From Ruditapes philippinarum (lineage: Eukaryota), in contig NW_026855855.1 in NCBI RefSeq assembly GCF_026571515.1, positions 124,001-185,162 of the forward strand: a DNA stretch of 61,162 nt. Reading direction: 5' to 3'. This document shows, one piece after another, positions 12,120-25,870 of this stretch. The notes under the pieces were generated by a model that saw only the letters and a list, made by a program, of their open reading frames with translations, did not search any database and had not been told where the DNA came from. How positions within the stretch are numbered: position 1 is the first letter of the stretch; every line of letters begins with the position of its first letter. A program made the translations under genes and the position numbers.

Positions 12120-15100
12120 ATGGCTGAACAAGAAAAGGAAGTGGATAAAAATCCAACAGAAAAAGACGAAAACATCGAACAGAAAACTGAAAGTGTCCCT
12201 CCAACTTATGACAGTCAAAGCTCACCATTTTATACACAATTTCCACCAAACAATTACCGCCAAAACATTCCAAATCGTGATTTACAATACAAAAATGCTA
12301 GAGAATATGCACAAGTTTTGCACTGCTGGTTATGGCAGTACAGGATGCTGGCTGCCTTTAGTACATTTCAGTCTCAGATGATTTCTTCAGTAGCGCAAAA
12401 TGCGACAGCAGCAAATAATGCAAGAGGTCCCCAGGTTCAGTTAGGAAACGGTCATTTACCAAATGGTATTCCACAGACTCCAGTTCCAGAACACCATGGC
12501 CCAGGTAGTGAGCCTTTTACTGTTTTAGTTACATTTGCTTTAAAAATGATTGTAATGCACCAATCAGTTTTAACCTGTGCCTCTTGACCACAGTAGAAAT
12601 AAGTCACTTTTTTATCTCTGTCACCACCATGCAGAGTCAAAGTTTGTTGGTGGTGGTGTTTGTAGTTTTCACTCTAGATGATAGTAGATCACGGCAGTAC
12701 GCCACATTGGATTTACCATAGTCCATAGCACAGTTCAGCCACCGCATCATTCCGAGGCAGGCTGTCAAGCAGTTTACCAGTACTAGTTCCCTTCACTTTT
12801 GCAAGGAACTGATTGCTCCTGTACATGCAAGAGCAGAGGCTCAGTTCTGATGACTGTAGAAAGGATACAATGAAAGTGACATGCGTCGTCCGTGAATCGA
12901 ACCGGGATGGCCCGATAAACAGTCCAACGCTCTACATATTGAGCTAACTGGTCGGCAAGAGACAAAGTTTTTGCTGTGGGGGTATAAATATATCCATCTT
13001 GTAGTTCAGGTGTACAAATTCAGCTGTGTATTTTCAATTATTCAACTAAATCAAAGCTCAAAATAATGCTAGATGATGTCAGACTTCCCGAAATACGTCG
13101 GTCCGACGGACATGTCCGATAAATTTTGATCAGGTCCGACGAGTTTTTATTCCGGATCGGTCCGACTGTCCGGCTTTTATCCAAGCCGCATGTATACAAA
13201 ATGGCGTCGCTAAAGGTGCCAAACCTCGGAAAAATAAAAAATCTACGTCAGAGGAACAGGCAAAACAGCAGTAAAAGGATAAAAAGAATAGACCTGAGAC
13301 AAAATTTAATGAAAAATAGAAGCAAGACAGTGAATCGTTGGTGTATGATAGGGAGGAGATGAAAATGCGCTGTAAGGAATGTGCCGATTTTTACGGCGAA
13401 AAAAATAAAAACAAAAAGTGTCTTAGAAATACAAACACAAGTCATTCTTTGATTTTGATCAATTTTATTTGGTCCGACAGATTTCGTTTCGGTCCGACAG
13501 ATTTTCATGGTTTGTCAGACCGAATGTCTGACCGTTTTTTTCAACTTTCGGGAAGTCTGTGATGTACATGTAAATAACGATAGAAAAATATTTTCAGCTA
13601 ATACTGTGTTATTGTTGCAGTAAATGCTGCAAGACTAAATAGTAGTTATACTGACCAAATAGTTACTACATTGTTGTTTTTTTTTGAAAATTGAAAATTA
13701 TTCAATTAATGTTTTATATCATTTTAACAGCTCTAAATTAAATTTATATATTTTAGACAGTAACAATTATAGGGGAAAAAGAACCACAATAGTGATCTTT
13801 TATTATCATTTTGTATTCATTTATTATGAATATTTTTTTTATAATTGTAGGTGTCCATTATAAGGTCCCAATGTTATGGAGAAGGGTAGTAGCTGAATTT
13901 CTAGATTTTATTCTTCTTTTTTACACCAAGATACTTGTAACAGTGGCTGTTCTTAGACAGATGGGCTATATGTAAGATACTGGACTAATTTTAGTACACT
14001 TTACAAGCATATATTATTATTATTATTATTATTATTATTATGCATATTATACTTTTTGTACAAATCTTCAGTATTGAATAATTTTTAACTGTTTAACCGG
14101 AATTTAGTACATAGCGATACAGGGTGAGTGATTGTAAATAATTTAATGTCCACTATTTTGAAAAAATAACGTCCCGGAAATAATCGATTTGCTACGATAT
14201 TGGCCGATGTTAGAATTGTTTTGAGGGAAAGCATTACAGTTAGACTACCTTAGTTGACTATAATTAATGATTAATTAGTTGTGTTTCAGTATCAAAGTAC
14301 TGAAATTTGGCTGCCAAGAATACACAGATATCAGAGAAGGAAAATCTTGTTTTATATTTGAAGCATTATATAGCAATCAGGGTGTTCACTAGCCATGAAA
14401 TCCTGAGGGTCATTTTGACTAAGTTTTACCGACTATAAGGCCAAATCCCCATGATGTTAACAAAATTTGACCCTCCAGCATAAATCCTGAGGGTCAAATC
14501 AGGCCTTTTGGAAATTTGAAGGGTCAAGATCAAACGGGCACCCTGGCAATACATGTATATTAAATGAATACATGTATATGCCTCATTATTATCAGTACCA
14601 ATACTCTATGTAATATAAAAAATTCTATAATACTCTTATTTGTTAGAATCTTAATGTACATGAAGTCAAAATAGTACAATAATATCTATAATAATAATAA
14701 TACTTGAATTCTTATTAAGGAATGGCATAGAAGTTTTACATAATTATTTTATAAAGGAATCAGAATAGTGACTACTTTCTTGTTGTTATATTTAGGAATG
14801 AAGACATTCTTGATATTGATGCCCAGTTCCCGTTCCTATCCGACATAGGTGAACTTGATTATGATAGAGTGTTTAGCTTAACGTCGGAATTGATAGCTCT
14901 AGAAGTTGTGAACAGACTGTGTATAACTCTTGTGGAGGTAAGTGAGAGATATATGTTTTATTGATTTTATTATTAAAGCAGTACGCCTCCAGATTCATGT
15001 TAATTTTCTTAAAAATTTTGGAAATGTAGTTAAAAGTAAAATAATATGAGGTGAACAAACAAAGTAATTTACATATTGCAATCGGCACTTACAATTATGC

Positions 15101-17846
15101 ACAAAAATTACCAAAAAGTGGTGAACATATAAAAAACGGCCCTTACACAGTAATAATATAGTGATAAAACACTGCAAAATCATTATCAGTGTTTAACCGC
15201 ACATAACATGTAAAATATAACTTAGATCTTGAATGTTTTTACCTTTCTTAAAGGTTTTTTAGTGCATTTTCTCAATATTGATTTTCTTGAAACATTTTGG
15301 CTCATCTGGAGGCATGCAGCTTTGAAAACTGAAGGATTAATGGTGATACATTGGCGATACATTATTTTGTGTCTTGAATAACTTAGTTGTTTAATTTTAA
15401 TGGTGCTTAGCTGAATGTATTTTGAGAAATTGATACAATTTTTTGGCAGAGATTATAAATATTGATTGGTACTGTTCTTGCATAACTTGGTTATAAATAT
15501 TATATACTATTTTTGTAATGTTCATTTCTCTTAGGCTGATGCAATTTATTCTTAGTCTACAGGTCAGTGTATACCATGAGTTTCAGCCCTTGAAAAAATT
15601 CATGTACAGTGCAAATCTGAAACCATGGAAATTAAAAAACATTTTCAATGAATGTTTAGAAAGAGAAGATATTATTTTATTCATAACTATTTAAATTAAT
15701 TTTATGCATAAAATAAATAAAAAACAGTAACAGATTTTCATCTATTGCTGTCTATGTCTCCCAATTCAATTATATATTGTATAAAAAGTGTATACATGAG
15801 CCGCGTCACGACAAAACCAACATAACTGCTTTTGCGACCAGCATGGATCATGACCAGCCTGCGCATCCGCGCAGTCTGATCAGGATCCATGCTGTTCGCT
15901 ATCAGTTTCTCTACTTGTAATAGGGTTTGTAAGTGAACAGCATGGATCCTGATCAGACTGCAGGCTGGTCTGGATCCATGCTGGTCGCAAACCCATTATG
16001 TTGGTTTTGTCATGACACGGCTCACATGTATTTTATACCTGCACTGTATTTGTAATGAAGAAATATTTATGTTATATATTATCAATATGTACAAGGTAGT
16101 TAAAGCAAAAGTTGTTGTTAATGAAATAGGTTTTACTTTTAGATCCAGGAAATGAAATGTAGTCACCCAGAAGTTAGTTTTATGGTCACATATTTCTAGA
16201 GCTGTCATCGATAGAGACAATATCGATGTATTATTGATATTCTTCTGCTGATCAGTAATTGATACACATTTGAAGAAATCGATAATGAATATTAATCATT
16301 TAAATGTCTATTAATTGTGAAAATTCACCCAAAACATAAAAAATAGACGGTGGCTACATGTATGTCTAACACTAAGTTATTGTTACTTAATGGACACATT
16401 TTATGTCAGTGATGACAAAAAATGGTCCGAAAAAAATCATGCGAAGGTCATTTATAAATAGGCGCAACATATTCATATGTACATGTATTTTACTAAAATC
16501 ATTTAAACAGGTATGAAAATAAATTATATACAAGAAATTAGAAGTAATTATCAATATATTTTTAATATTATATTGTTGTATCGTTGATATTTGTATTGAA
16601 ATCTGCTGATCGTCAATATACATTGTGTACTTTGCTCTGAATCAGTGACAGCTCTGCATATTTCTTTGTTTTAGTTTCATGAATATTTACGTTGTAGTTA
16701 CTCTTACTTTTCAGACAATGTGTTTAAGACAAGGGTTTGCAGGGGCAATAGGAGGAGCTACCCCTGGAAAGAAAATCATGCAGTTAAGAGTTGTTTCGTT
16801 TTCTGAAATTACAAACATAAGAAATGGACATATTTTAGTGGTTGGTGCATCAGATCCTGGGTTTTTCAAGTAAGTTTGATTTAATATATATATAAGTTCA
16901 ATATTCTGACTGTTTGCTCTACAAAAATGTGAGTCACATGTGAAATACATATTTAGATACCTGACACTTTGTTTAAAGTATTTGTTAGAAGAAGACTTGG
17001 ATGACTTTCAGAAAGAAATCCATCTAGTTTAAGAAACTAAAATATTCCTGTAAAGCCACATTAAACCTCTAAAATAATGATATTTTCCTTTCTGTAGAAA
17101 GGACAAACATGTGTATTATCATGTTGAAATGATAGATTTAAAACATATTAAATGCTAATCACTTAAGAGAATAGCAGTGAATGTAAATTTATGTTTCTGA
17201 AATTCATAGCATACATGTACATGGGGTATTTTCACAAATTAAAAAAATCTACCTATTTTATTAATGTCAGAACTTCCTTCTTTGTTTATTGCAATATCTA
17301 AAATCTCCCTCTTTTTGAAGAAAAATCTCCCACTTGATCATCAAAAAAGTTCACATGTATGTCATAGGGGTAAAAAAATGTAAACAAAATGGTATTCACG
17401 ATTACTATATTAGTATGAAATGCCAAAAACGTAAAAAAAAGCTTAAGATGGCTCAGCTATAAATTATTACTTTCGAAAGTTGTAATAGGATCCCAAAATT
17501 AAAAAACAATGTTTGAGAAATAAAGACTAGAATTTTTTAGGCTTAATGGGTCTATAAGGGATGGCTAAAACTTATGATAATTCTTAATCAAAAACAATCT
17601 TTTATATATACATGTATATATGTTCTAATAAAGGGGAAATTCTTATACATCTAAGATTTAAATACTTGTGATTTCTTTTATTTCAGTGCACTAATCAGAT
17701 CAATAATAAAAAACTTCAGTATGGCGTTTTTCTTTCCCGCCTGTCTGACGGTGTTCTTTTTCCGGTACAACCGTGCAGCATATGATATTTTAGCGCAGAC
17801 AGTAGTGGTCGAAGTGGAAAACAGACGTCCGGAACAGGCCAACTAG
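12120..17846 (+). CDS. FAM8A1: FAM8A1-like RDD-domain membrane protein (Hrd1/ERAD cofactor in mammals), 5 exons, 320 aa
   Basis: Exons 12120-12504, 13851-13971, 14796-14937, 16715-16869 and 17687-17846; all introns GT..AG; total 963 nt in frame, ending in TAG. Motifs WLWQY, LWRRVVAEFLDFILLF, GGATPGKKIMQLRVV and ALIRSIIKNFSMAFFFPACLTVFFFRYNRAAYDILAQTVVV match FAM8A1 (GGATPGKFLLGLRVV; IRALIKNFSIASFFPAF...HNRTAYDIVAGTIVV). Confidence 0.93.
12640..12956 (-). mobile_element. tRNA-derived SINE (Meta-domain-like body)
   Basis: Minus-strand head GCCGACCAGTTAGCTCAATATGTAGAGCG...CCCGGTTCGATTC contains A/B boxes; central GTACTGGTAAACTGCTT...AGCCTGCC; (CAC/AAC)n tail. Confidence 0.7.
13080..13559 (+). 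mobile_element. 480-bp MITE, copy 2 (FAM8A1 intron 1)
   Basis: Same TIRs and length as copy 1. TSD TGATGT at 13074-13079 and 13560-13565. Confidence 0.9.
14977..15321. mobile_element. Kolobok-like MITE (TTAA-type target), FAM8A1 intron 3
   Basis: TTAA|AGCAGTACGCCTCCAGAT ... ATCTGGAGGCATGCAGCT|TTGA. A related copy in the opposite orientation is at 41126-41460. Confidence 0.65.
15798..16023. mobile_element. Palindromic MITE, Sola2-like, copy 2
   Basis: GAG...CTC termini, long TIRs, 4-bp TSD ACAT. Confidence 0.8.
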
Positions 17847-18019
17847 TTCATTGTGATCTATTTATTTACAATATGGATATAAATTTTATTTAAAGACTAG
17901 TTTTTCGATTTTAATTTTGTCAAATGTTAAATAAAAGTGTACCAGTTATGTGATAAAAAGTACAGACTGGTTTTTTCTTTTGTGTTTCTAAAGACAAGCC
18001 AGTAGATAATAGATTTTGT

Positions 18020-18240
18020 TCAGGTTCGTTGACCTCTGTGTGTTTGAATCCCAACAGGGACTTTGGACTCTTTCATGTGAGGAAGCTATCCAGTTAGCTC
18101 CAACTCAAGAGCTTGTTAGTGTCTGAAATAATGCACGGAAGAGCACCTACAATCTTCCTCCACCAGTGAAGATGAAAAGTCACCATAATTATGACTTATA
18201 CTGTGTTGGTGAGATGTAAAACCCATACAAAACAAAGAAA
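18020..18240 (+). mobile_element. V-domain/RUDI-like bivalve SINE, downstream of the FAM8A1 stop
   Basis: B-box-like GTTTGAATCCC, then TCATGTGAGGAAGCTATCCAG, TGAAATAATGCACGGA, TCTTCCTCCACCA and an A-rich tail. A degraded minus-strand copy is at ~43130-43300 in USP1 intron 2. Confidence 0.65.
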
Positions 18241-18713
18241 CACAGTTACTTTTTGCCAATCAAGCCAAAATAAAACCACAGGTCTTTGTTGAGGTTAAAA
18301 TTTTAAACTTTTGTTGTGATTTTTTATGTTCAATATTTTTTATTTATTGTATGAAGCATTCGATTTGTTTTATGTGTAGTAAGTTTTAAATCTGTTAATT
18401 TCGTTTGGGAAAATTTATTTCAAAAGCTGTTTTTGCTACAGTAACTCTGCAAATGTCTTTCAGTCATAGTATTTGTGGATATAAAAAATTAGAGAGTTAT
18501 AGATTTTTCATAGGTTTTTTTTAAGCATTTTTTTAAGCAACGGAAACAGCGTATAAATTATGTTTGGTTTTGTTACTTAACAGCTGACAGAAGATGAAAT
18601 TGAAACTTCAGGGTAACACTGTTTTAATGTTAGCTAATAAAAAGGATATTTGTTTATAAGATTTTGCTCCTAAGATACATGGTATTTCTTTAAATAATTA
18701 TAAAACATCTTAA

Positions 18714-18919
18714 CCCTTAAAGTGCTGGAACTGAATGTGTTAAGACCTTGCCACCAGTAAAGAGCCAGGCCAGCCTGCACTACTGTGCAGTCTGACCAGG
18801 CTCTATACTGTTGGCTTACAAACTTTAAATATTCAAATTGATATCCCTAAAATTGATAATGGACAGTCCCAAAAATGGAAATGGGACAATTCCATTTAGA
18901 ATATTCAGCATGTTCAGGG
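18714..18919. mobile_element. piggyBac-like MITE
   Basis: TTAA|CCCT ... AGGG|TTAA, 206 bp. Degraded relatives appear near 1750-1890 and 20990-21070. Confidence 0.7.
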
Positions 18920-20131
18920 TTAATATCAGTTACCATATAGGGATAGAACCATTTGTTATAAATCCTGTTCTATTGATGTGATATTGTGATATCAGAAACA
19001 TTAAAGGCACCCAGTCAATGATGTTTTGCAATATTTTCCAGGGGCAAGTTATCTATATATATACATGTACTTAATTAAAAAAAAAACATAATGTTCTAGT
19101 TCACTCCCCTGGCTCACGTTCAGTTTAATAAAAAAATGGCCAATATCTCTCAGGGTAATAGTGCATATTAGCAACCTTAGAAGTGAAAACTCAAGGTGGA
19201 GCCAGTAACACCCAAGGCGGAGCCACTATTACCCTGATAGACGTGTTAATTCTATAATATCAAAGAGTTAACCTGTTATTGCACAAAGATGACAAATAGT
19301 CAATTGTTTATTCTAGTCAAGATGTTGAAGTTTTGTTATTTCCTAAACTACCAAAGGCCCATAACTCTAACATAAATTTTGACAGAATTATGGCCCCTTT
19401 TGAACTTAGCAAAATTTACATTATTCAGACTTTTTCTGTCAAGCACTGAGAAGAGTCTAGCAAGCTGGGCTATCGACAAGTCTTGTTTGTTTTTTTTGTT
19501 AGAAAACAATTTTCTTTAGTATTAATGCTTAACTTTTATAAATTGTTGTTTCTTTGTTTTATTTTGTTCAAATTATATATATTCTTTTACTTTTAAAAGG
19601 ATAAATTTTATGAAATTATTTTGTATTTATTTTTTTCAAGGACTTTGTATTCTTGTAGTATGTTTTATATTGTGAAATCTCCTAGTTATCTTAATAAATT
19701 GATGTAGATTGGTTTGTTTCTGTTTAAAGGCACATGCTTCCAAAGTAAATAAATTTTTCATTCTTTAGATTCAATAAGCATGTGTTTGATAATCATTTAA
19801 TAATGGATTTAGAGCATATTAGATGTTAAACAACTAAAGAAAGTAGCACAGAATATACAATTACATGTTTTACTTTAAAGTAGCAAAATGTGAACAAAGA
19901 TGTATTTTGACTTAAAAAATTTCCGTGGCTTGATGGGCCTTTAATGGTTATTTGAAAGGTCCAAAATTTTTATGAAACATGTTTAAGAAATATTTCAGCT
20001 TGTAAAATATGGCGATAACATTTTTGAATATAAAGTTTCTTATTTTATAAATATCCTAGATTTTAATTTGTGTCTAATACAAAATATCTATATTATATAG
20101 TACTGTTATATATGAGTCTCTCTTTCTATAT

Positions 20132-20366
20132 GAGCCGCGCCATGACAAAACCAACATAGTGCGCTTGCGACCAGCATGGATCCAGACCAGCCTGCACATC
20201 CACGCAGTCTGATCAGGATCCATGCTGTTCCCTATCAGTTTCCCTACTTGTTATAGGGATTGTAAGAGAACAGCATGGATCCTGAAAAGACTGCGCGGAT
20301 GCGCAGGCTGGTCTGGATCCATGCTGGTCACAAACCCATTATGTTGGTTTTGTCATGGCGCGGCTC
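20132..20366. mobile_element. Palindromic MITE, Sola2-like, copy 3
   Basis: GAGCCGCGCCATGACAAAACC ... GGTTTTGTCATGGCGCGGCTC; 4-bp TSD ATAT. Confidence 0.85.
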
Positions 20367-21549
20367 ATATAATATTTTGTATAATAAATATGAATTATTA
20401 ATTATTGTCTGTTGATATTAAAAATATCATTATTTATACATCTATACATTTTGTTTTTCTTTTTGATTTCATCTTTATTTTAAAATAAATTCTATAAATA
20501 GATTTAGTACTGGATATGTTATCCAGGAGACACAGGCTCAATCCTCAGGCAAGGCAAATATGTCATGATTTCACTATTACACAAATCATATGATACAGTA
20601 ATTCAACAACCTGATTTCAAATGAAACACTTTTTGTATCAGAAATAGTTAGAGTGTTCCAGTTCAAATGATGAGATCAATATATCTGTTAAATAACAATT
20701 AAACAGTCTTATCTGAAGTTAAACCATTTTATATTAGTTATTGACTACATTTAAATATTTATCTCCTTTTGGAAAGTATCAGGTAAGACTGGAAGTGTTG
20801 TTTCCCTCGTGAAAATTAAGAAATTTAACAGTTTTACAAGAGTTCTCTCCCTTACTGCAAAAACAAATCAACAATAATAGATCATGTATTGTTATTTAAG
20901 ATATTTCTGAAACCAAATCTGATTTATGATAAAAAGGACAGAGTATGTGAGCCTTGTATGAAAATTTTAACCACAAATGATTTTGGTATTTCGAAACTGG
21001 AATCCCTTAAACTTTGAATGGACTGTTCCAAATTCAAAGCTGGGCAGATCCATTACACAAATTCAGCCAGTAACTTTTGTCATACTCACTGTGACATTTT
21101 AACTTATAAGAACGTTTTATGAAATTTTCTATCAAAATATAAGGAATCTAGGTGCATGTTGCTTGAGGAAATTTACCTATTTCTTTTCCTTTAAATCTTT
21201 ATGTCTACATTTAATCAATGTAATGATTGACACTATTAAAACTTTTAGCAACTAAGTATTATCAGCTCCATATATGCTGGATACTTTGAAAACTGTTGTT
21301 GAATTTTTTGTCAATCTCCGATTACCTGTCGTTTCCACACCAATTTGCTTTATTCCGGAAATGAGTGTGCACATTATTTCTCAAAACTGAATAATAAGCA
21401 CTGAAAATTAATCTCTATAACTGAAAATTAATCTAATAAAAATGCTGAATATTTTTCTTATAGGGGAGGTAAAACACGCGCCTATATTTGACATGTTTTA
21501 ACTGAGTTATTTCCCTTGTCAAAAGCTGTAGATGTGGATATTAGAAGTA

Positions 21550-24500
21550 TATGGAGGGCGATCTTTGCCAAAATTCCAGACATGTAATGTGTTCCTTTTG
21601 AAAACTACTTTTGAAAATGCGAACATGTATGTCTAGCATTTTTGATTGCATTCGTGCACAGCAAATGATATGCCTCTTAATCCAATCTTTTAATTGAAGG
21701 CACCCGCTTTTAAATAACAAGTTTACATGTAAATCTTAACAACTGACCTAACACACATTTACAAGTTCGTATCTAACATTGCATATAATACATAAGCATG
21801 TTTACACACTTGTAGATATATATATGTACCTGAAAAACACAAATGAAATGTAAAACTCGAATGCAGAAAATATAATTTAATAAAACGTGTTTCCAGTCGT
21901 AGAACTACAACAGTACATTTACACAGTTACATGTTTAAAATGACAAAAGTAGATTCACAAAGTTAAACGATTTTAAGTCATGCATGACGCCCCGCCCCTC
22001 TCTGAGTATTTACGATCTTCTATCACGGAAATGTACGGACAGGTATAATACCCGTCGCCTCTCTCCTATTTCTCAATAAAGTGAAGGAAAACACGGCGTC
22101 CATTCTAACTTTTTTTTATTTCTATAAAAAGTCCAATATTATTTGTATCAAATGGAAGATTACTCCATAAGCTTTCTATGAGTGCCTCGGAAATAAAAAT
22201 GAATTAAATAGATGTATTGATTTTTTTGGGCTTTTTTTACTCTGAAAATTGGTAAGAAAAACACGACGTTCCCTCCAAACTTTTTTTTTATTTCGTAATA
22301 TATTTTGATAATTTTGGATTGAAATAAAAGTGTTCTTAATACGATTTATGATATATAATTATATGATGCCTCAAAATAAAAAGGAATTAAATCAAAATGA
22401 ATTAACTTTTCGTTAAAAAGTTTATCATGTTACTTTCTGTAAAATAGAGAAAATAAGAATCCCTAAAGAACGCTCAAAACAACAAAATTGAGAATGTTGC
22501 AGGCCGGTTTGATTGAGCCTGCTCATGGACGGTAATGGAAAGAGCAAGTTATCGTCCACGCCCCCTAGCACCGGCTTAAGCAAAATTCAACATGAACTGG
22601 TACAATTTTGAATTTTGAAACATCCGCAGATGTGTTAATATGGTGATTATCATAGAACCTTCAATGTGACACGTAAGTGCCATACCATGAAAATCGGCAA
22701 ATGGTCCCCAAGTAAAAAAACAAAACACACTCTGAAATTAAGTAAGAGAAACATGGCCCCCCTTCTTACTTTTTTTATTTCTTGGTAATTTTGATAATTT
22801 TAGAATATGATACACAAGATCATCAAGGAAAGGGGGCGTTGATAATTTTAGACTCAAGTAAAAAATTCTGGAAACAAAGTGATCCCTCGGAAGCATTAAT
22901 CACAACAAAATTACATAAGAATTGCAGACTCGGTTTGATTGAGTCTGTACATGAGAGATAATGAATAAGTGCAACATCCCTCACGCACCCTAGCACCGGA
23001 TTGAGCGGTACTCAATTCTCAACACTTAATAGTGCTTAAGAATCCTTAATGAACTTTCTAGTGATGCCTTAAAAATGAAAATTAATTACGTAGAAATATT
23101 AAAAATTTTGTTTCTAACTTATCGTTGTTTTTTTTTCTCTTAAATCCACACTCATATATTCGGAAAAAAATAACGTCGGTTCCTGTAGATACTTTATTCA
23201 AAAAGGAAAATAAATATTGAATGAAGTTAAGACCATAAGTTTTGAACAAGTATATTAAAAATCTGGAAACAAGGTGATCCCTCGGAAGCATTAATCACAA
23301 CAAAATTACATAAGATTTGCAGATTCGGTTTGATTGAGTCTGCACATGAGGGATAATGAACAAGTGCAACATGCCTCACGCCCCCTAGCACCGGCTTGAA
23401 CGGTACTCAATTCTCAACACTTAATAGCGCTGGCATCAATGATCCCGAAAGACCAGAAAAATATAACACCACTGAAGTGAAGTACGGGGCAACTTTTTAC
23501 AGCTGCCTCACGGCACTTGAAACCTGCTGTTGTGAAGTATAAAAATCTGGAAACAAAGTGATCTCTCGGAAGCATTAATCACTACAAAATTACATAAGAA
23601 TTGCAGACTCGGTTTGATTGAGTCTGTACATGAGGGATAATGAACAAGTGCAAATAGTTTTTATTCATACTGAAAATACCTTATTAAAGATTGTACATAT
23701 GTGCTACGGATAAGTATTTTCTTGATTTCGGAAAGGAAATATCGGTGGCCGCTTTAAAATATACTTGCATAGTTTTTGTTGAAAATGAAATTTGTGCCAA
23801 TGCATTTTTCAATGATACCAATAAGAATATTGGATGGTTTTTTACATTATCATAAAATTACTCCCTTGAAGTTGGTCATTGTTTCCCCTAAAAATTTCCA
23901 AATCGCCGATGTTTCTCAGGAATATATGATAAACAAGATCAACAAGGAAAGGCGGCGCTCAATGAACGCAACCCCACATGATCCAGCAACAAGAACAAGT
24001 GGCAAGAAGCCAAGGCGGACCCAAAACAAAACACAGGACAGGGCACTAGGCAGAGCACGGACAGGCTAATCACTAAAATGATAAATAATTTGTAACTGAT
24101 AAGAACACGATGTTAAAAATAAGGTAATGCATAAGTTATCTTCATCATAAATGGTAAAATCAGCAATTTTCAAGTGATGTTGCTAGTGACAAAACTTTTG
24201 TAACAAATGTAACATATATATGTTATGAAAAATGCCGTATTTTGTCCTTCAGTTTTATTTAAAAATATGGGAGAGGCGCCGTTTTATACCTGTCCGCAAT
24301 AGAAGTTCGTAAATACTCCGAGAGGGGCAGGGCGTTATGCTTGACTTAAAATCGTTTAACTTTGTGAATCTACTTTTGTCATTTTAAACATGTTACTGTG
24401 TTAACGTACTCTTGTAGTTCTACAACTGGTAACACGTTTATCTATTTTCCGTATTCGAGTTTGTATATTTTAGATCTATAAGTGTGCAAACATGCATATG

Positions 24501-24733
24501 TATTGCATGCAATGGAAGATACGAACTTGTAAATTTGTTGTCGTTTTAGATGTTAGGTCAGTTGTTACGATATATATGTAAACTTGTTATATAAAGGCGG
24601 TAACCTTCAAATAAAAGATTGAATTAAGAGGTATACAATAAAAATGGTAGGCATACAAGTTCGCATTTTCAAAAGTCATTTTAAAAAGGAACACTTTACA
24701 TGTCTGGAATTTTGGCAACGAACGCCCTCCATA
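21550..24733. mobile_element. Non-autonomous IS3EU-like DNA transposon with ~500-bp imperfect TIRs and internal ~170-bp direct repeats
   Basis: Ends TATGGAGGGCG ... CGCCCTCCATA; 6-bp TSD GAAGTA at 21544-21549 and 24734-24739. 21550-22055 is the reverse complement of ~24280-24733. The internal module CTGGAAACAAAGTGATCCCTCGGAAGCATTAATC... repeats at ~22865, ~23260 and ~23545 (diverged copy at ~22460). Confidence 0.8.
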
Positions 24734-25391
24734 GAAGTAAAGAGATGTTTCCGCAAAACAGTTAAACGCAAACCGGACATTCCCATCTGTGTTTGATTCT
24801 TTTCTTAGTATATTACATTTAAATCTTATTTCGGAAATAAATAACGAAAATTAATATAGTATTTTGCACCTATCGTATGAAAATACAACTTCAATCAGAA
24901 CGTTAAAATAACGTCATTCCTTAACGGGCAAATTCATTCGTAAAAAGGGCCAAAAGCACGTGAATCATTTGGCCGCGACACTAGTTCATTTGTGCGCACG
25001 GAATGTCCTCGGCTATTATCTATAATAACCTTATCCGAAAACTGACGGAAAGGGCCGAAAAGTTGCGATTGATGAGCGCACAATCATTTCAGCTGATTTC
25101 TGCAGCTTCAGAAGCCTTTGAATCTAAATTAATCTCCGTTCTGCCGACTCGAACCCCCCTTAGCTCTTCTGTAAAATTAATCAATATTTGACCTTTATAA
25201 ACGCGCCTTTCGTATTAAATTCTTTAAAGTTACGAAAAACAATACAAATTATTTTAACAAGTTTAACAAACATTCTTACTAACGCAACATTTAATTTATA
25301 TCATAATGTATATAATCATGGAGCTAAATATATATCTGTGATATAATAGAAAATATGGTACACTCGCAAACGTATTGCTATCAGCCCTTGA

Positions 25392-25870
25392 AATAAGAAC
25401 CCCATAAAAGAGGCTTATCACCGTAGGTTGTGTGACCTTTACTTTGTTCCATGATGCTATCACCGTGGATTGTATTGCGATGAGGATCCCTTTAAAGGCC
25501 TATCACCGTGGATTTCGTGAGCTTGAGTGTATTTCCTGAGGTTTTCACCGGGGCCGAAATTGCAATAAGAACCCCATAAAATGCCTTTCACCGTAGGTTG
25601 GGTGACCTTTACTTTGTTCCATGAGGCTATCACCGTGGATTGTATTGCGATGAGGACCCCTTAAAAGGCCTATCACCGTGGGTTGCGTGAACTTGAATGT
25701 ATTTCCACAGATTTTCATCGGGGCCGAAATTGCAATAAGAACCCCCATAAAGGCATATCACCGTAGGTTGTGTGACCTTTACTTTGTTCCATGAGGCTAT
25801 CACCGCGGATTGTATTGCGATGAGGACCCCTTAAAAGGCCTATCACCGTGGGTATATTTCCTAAGATTTT
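25392..25870. repeat. 170-bp tandem repeat, about 2.8 copies, built from 42/43-bp subunits
   Basis: Monomers start at ~25392, ~25564 and ~25734. T(A/T)TCACCG motif occurs every 42-43 bp. Confidence 0.9.

Noticed and set aside
12505-12587. C-terminal part of the 155-aa ORF 12120-12587
   Set aside because: Read-through into FAM8A1 intron 1; the donor at 12505 gives an in-frame join to exon 2.
25416-25850. TATCACCG as a phage lambda operator half-site, or a CRISPR-like repeat/spacer pattern
   Set aside because: No 17-bp operator symmetry, spacers recur with period 4, and there is no phage context; the resemblance is coincidental.
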